Shown one piece after another: positions 60,606 to 64,000 of a DNA stretch of 64,000 bases (the first letter of the stretch is position 1; each line of letters opens with the position of its first letter). A program made the position numbers and the translations under genes. The stretch is from Azolla caroliniana (taxonomy: Eukaryota; Plantae; Polypodiophyta). The notes beneath the pieces were generated by a model, which was given only the letters and a program-made list of their open reading frames with translations, searched no databases and was not told the DNA's origin. The DNA is taken from contig JBHGNT010000015.1 in assembly GCA_043228905.1 (NCBI GenBank), positions 434,001-498,000 on the forward strand, in the 5' to 3' direction.

Positions 60606-62732
60606 ATGGCCCCAAACATTGCCCACCACAATGGGTCGGAGAACTGCCATCCGAACCTCGTTTCTGGATCGCACAAGCGGAAGCTCAAATCCTCACCCTC
60701 CTCGGGTATCTCCGGCGAATCCAATAATCAAATCAATTCCTGCCTATATAAACAACAACAGCAACAACCGCATGATACCCTCCTAGCAGATAATCAGGCT
60801 ATGGTTCCCTCTGCTCTAACCTCACCCCCAAGAAAGCAACATATAATGTGCAGTAACCCTAAAGCTACTGATCCATCGCTGGGCTTGGGGAGTGCTTCTG
60901 AGCCAGCAGAAATGGACATGGGATTTACATCGCAATCCTTGAATGGAAATAGCCACCATGGAGATATGGAGGCTTCTGGAAACGATCTGGGTAGTACGCC
61001 AGAGAAGACAGGGAATTGGCGATTAAAGGCTGTGCTAGAGGAATTCGGACCTGATCTTACACCCACAAGGCAAGGGCGCGTAAAGACACTGGTGAGAGCA
61101 TTCGAGAAGCTCATGTCGTCCAAGAAGAAAGAAGAGGAGACAGGAAACGGATCAAAGCCTCCACAGTTCCCTCTACAATTCACATATCTCAATCCCACAG
61201 AGGAGGTAGCAAGGCATGGAATAACTAAAGAAGAAGAAGAAGAAGGAGAAGAAGAAGGAGAAGGAGAAGGAGAAGATTCTGTTGTCAAAGAAGGAGAAGG
61301 TTTAGAGAAAAGGGTACATGGAAGGCGTGGAATGTCGATGAGTCAATCGGAGAGCGGCGGGGAATATTCCTCAGGAGCCGAATCTGTGAAACAGCCTGTG
61401 GATCGACAGAAGAACCCTCCTGTTCTTCCAAAGTCAAGAGCTCCACATTTGCCTTCTCAAGGGTGAGTTTTGCAGCACAGCACCTTTGGCCTTGTCAACT
61501 GTGTGTGATATATCTCATTGTGTTGGTTTCTCTCTTTGTTTTGCCTTTCTTAAAGGAGAAAGCCTGTGGATAGATACCGGAAGAGCCTTCATTCCTCTTC
61601 AGTCCCGACCGCCCGGATGCCACCACAACGGAAACTGCCGGAAACTCGAGGTGTTCACATGAAAGCTCGAGCTTCGAAGCCGCATCCTTTCAAGTTGGCG
61701 ACTGAGGTACATACATATGTGTATACACATTGCTTTCTGTTTCTGTTCTTATTTGCTTTTGGGATCTTTCTTCTCTTTGCTTTTCTGGCACAAACATATG
61801 AATGAAATCTTTTTCTTTTTGTCACATGATCTTTTGGCTTCTTTTACAGGAGAGGGGACATATGAATGAAATCTTTTTCTTCTTGTCACATGATCTTTTG
61901 GCTTCTTTTACAGGAGAGGGGAAAGATAAAGAAAGAGGAGTTCATAGCTAAATTGAAACAAATTGTGGCTGAGGAAGAAAGGCTTCGGATTCCGGTGGCA
62001 CAGGGACTCCCGCTAACGACCGATGAACCTGAAGTGAGAGATATCCATGCTTTACATTGACATTTAGTTATATATATATATTTGAATGCCATATTGGATG
62101 AATTCAAGCTTAGACCAACCATACATGCGGTTGTTTTCTTCCAGATTCCTCCCAAGCCGACAGTGAAAGAAATCACAGTGCCGGAAGATATTCATCTAAA
62201 CACAGACCTAAGAGCCATGGAGAGAGCTGAATTTGATCAATATGTAAGATGCCTTTTATTTTTTTGGCATTTAAACGAAACGTTTTTATTCAACTTAATT
62301 TACAACTGAACCATTTTAACAGATTTCGGAGAAGCTTCTCTACCTTGAAAATCGGCGGTTGGAAGAAGAAAGGCTTCGCATGGTACTCATCTTTTTGTGC
62401 TTTCTTTTAGAGGTCTTCCTCAAAACATACAACCATTGAGCAAATTTTGTTTGTTTCTACAGATGGCAGAGGAGGAGGAAATCAGGAAGTTGAGGCAAGA
62501 GATGGTTCCCAAGGCGCAAATGATGCCATACTTTGATCGACCATTCCGTCCGAGAAGGTGAAGATCCATTCTTTCTATAAACACAACCTGATTTGTTTTC
62601 CTGTACATATAAGCATTGGTGTTTTATATGCTTCTTTTTATGATGTGTCTTCTTAGGTCCTCCAAAAGGCCCACAATACCAAAGGAGCCCCAATTCCATC
62701 ACAAATGTTGGACAAACAACTCTCAGTCGTAA
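60606..62732 (+). CDS. TPX2-domain microtubule-associated protein (MAP20/TPXL-like)
   Basis: KPHPFKLATEERG, RIPVAQGLPLTTDEPE, LNTDLRAMERAEFD, EEEEIRKLRQEMVPKAQMMPYFDRPFRPRRSSKRPTIPKEPQFH. Exons 60606-61462, 61556-61706, 61914-62033, 62145-62243, 62323-62382, 62463-62557, 62657-62732; probable 5' UTR intron 60449-60601. Confidence 0.9.
61796..61923 (+). repeat. 64-bp tandem duplication spanning the intron-2 acceptor of the TPX2-like gene
   Basis: atatgaatgaaatctttttc...tcacatgatcttttggcttcttttacag|gagagggga occurs twice (AG ending at 61849 and 61913). Confidence 0.92.
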
Positions 62733-64000
62733 TTGTATTGTTGTATATATTTACAAGCAACTGAAATTTGTCAAGCAATAGACAATAGACTATTGTCAAC
62801 CAAGCAAGGCAAAAAGCAATGCAAGAGAAGAGAAGAGCCCTATTCCAGAGTATTGGTTCTCCTCTTTCTGTACATGAGGAATGCCAGTGAATGAATCTTT
62901 ATGCAAAGAACCATAGAAATACATCTCTGATTTCTAGCATTTGTCCTCAATACCCCATTCATTAATTACTACAAATTATTTCATTTGTCGCATCACAATA
63001 AGGAGATGTGTGTAGCCTATATGTAAGGTGAAAATTATGTATGCCTCATGGTGTACATTTTTTCCGATTTTGCTTTATGTTAAAGGATTGAACTTTTTTG
63101 CACATGATCTCATCATCATCTTCTCTTGATCAATTCCTTCATCTATTATACTGTGTTCTATCTCATGGTTAGGAATAGATTTTCTGCGAAAAATGAGATC
63201 TTGACATCTGAGCAACATGTCCTTCTACCGTGTCTCTTAGAAAAGATTTATCATAATATATACCACAACCTAGGAATTGGGTACTTGCTGCTGTGATGTT
63301 CCCAGATGAATGTTATGTCCAGTCTTTTTGTGAAACAATTTTAGATTATCTGAATTTTCTTCTATTTATTTAGCTATCCAATGAATGCAAGGCCAAGAGG
63401 CCTATCTTTCTTCTTTTTATGCTGATGAGAGATGGCATGTCTGCAGCGATTCTCGAATAAGTATTGTGAATTGCATGAAATAGCGTTTGATTAGACGAAG
63501 ATGAGTTTCCAATCATAGTCATTAGAAATCATAAACATTGATTGACATTAGAATTTGTAAAGTCCAGTCGGTTTTGAACATGATTAGCAATCAATATTCT
63601 GATTCAAATTTGGCTCATTCTCTTTGGGAGGTTTGTATGATTATGAATTACAAATCGATAACAAAATATATGATTTAATGAGTTGGTCATTTCATAATTG
63701 ACAACCTCCTTGCAAAGGAAAATGGTGAAACCTCGCTGTTAATGAATAATGGATCATTGAGTAAACATCTATTGGCATTGTCCTTGCAGCACCATATTTT
63801 GTAATTGACAACAACTTGGCAAAATGGTGAAACCACATCAACAAAAGGATCACTCCCACAACACCTTCTCGCATTGTTAAACATGAGACTAAATGTTTCC
63901 TTAATAACTCCACCAGTAGAGGAGATAAAAATCAAGACATGTTTCGAGTTTTCTTTGGGTAAGCATTCACAAAGAATCAATGTGAGGCTAAGCATTCAAA

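Overview
Land-plant nuclear DNA; a fern or other non-seed plant is plausible from the TE types but is only an inference. The left arm has two minus-strand genes: the 5' part of a RAD21/SYN4-type cohesin kleisin and a complete 10-exon cytosolic aspartyl-tRNA synthetase. Next come a decayed Ty3/gypsy remnant and a CpG-decayed U6 snRNA copy. The centre (~10.6-41 kb) is a nested retrotransposon island. An L1-type LINE (-) is split by two Tnt1/Tork-like copia elements, and the first of these carries a young Ty3/gypsy element. A truncated third copia follows, then an RTE-like LINE fragment split by an intact copia with apparently identical LTRs. The right arm has more LINE/solo-LTR debris, an 11-exon SLC35F-family transporter gene, a hAT MITE and a TPX2/MAP20-like gene. 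The most unusual feature is the gypsy element. Both LTRs carry an antisense tRNA-like Pol III cassette (A box, B box, T5 terminator), and it has a tRNA-Trp PBS set 8 nt from the LTR, a 4-bp TSD and a -1 frameshift after the protease. Other notable points: a U12-type intron and a His/Cys/acidic 10-aa repeat tail in the transporter, a duplicated out-of-frame splice acceptor in the TPX2-like gene, and a probably chimeric copia. All calls were made by eye, with no database searches.
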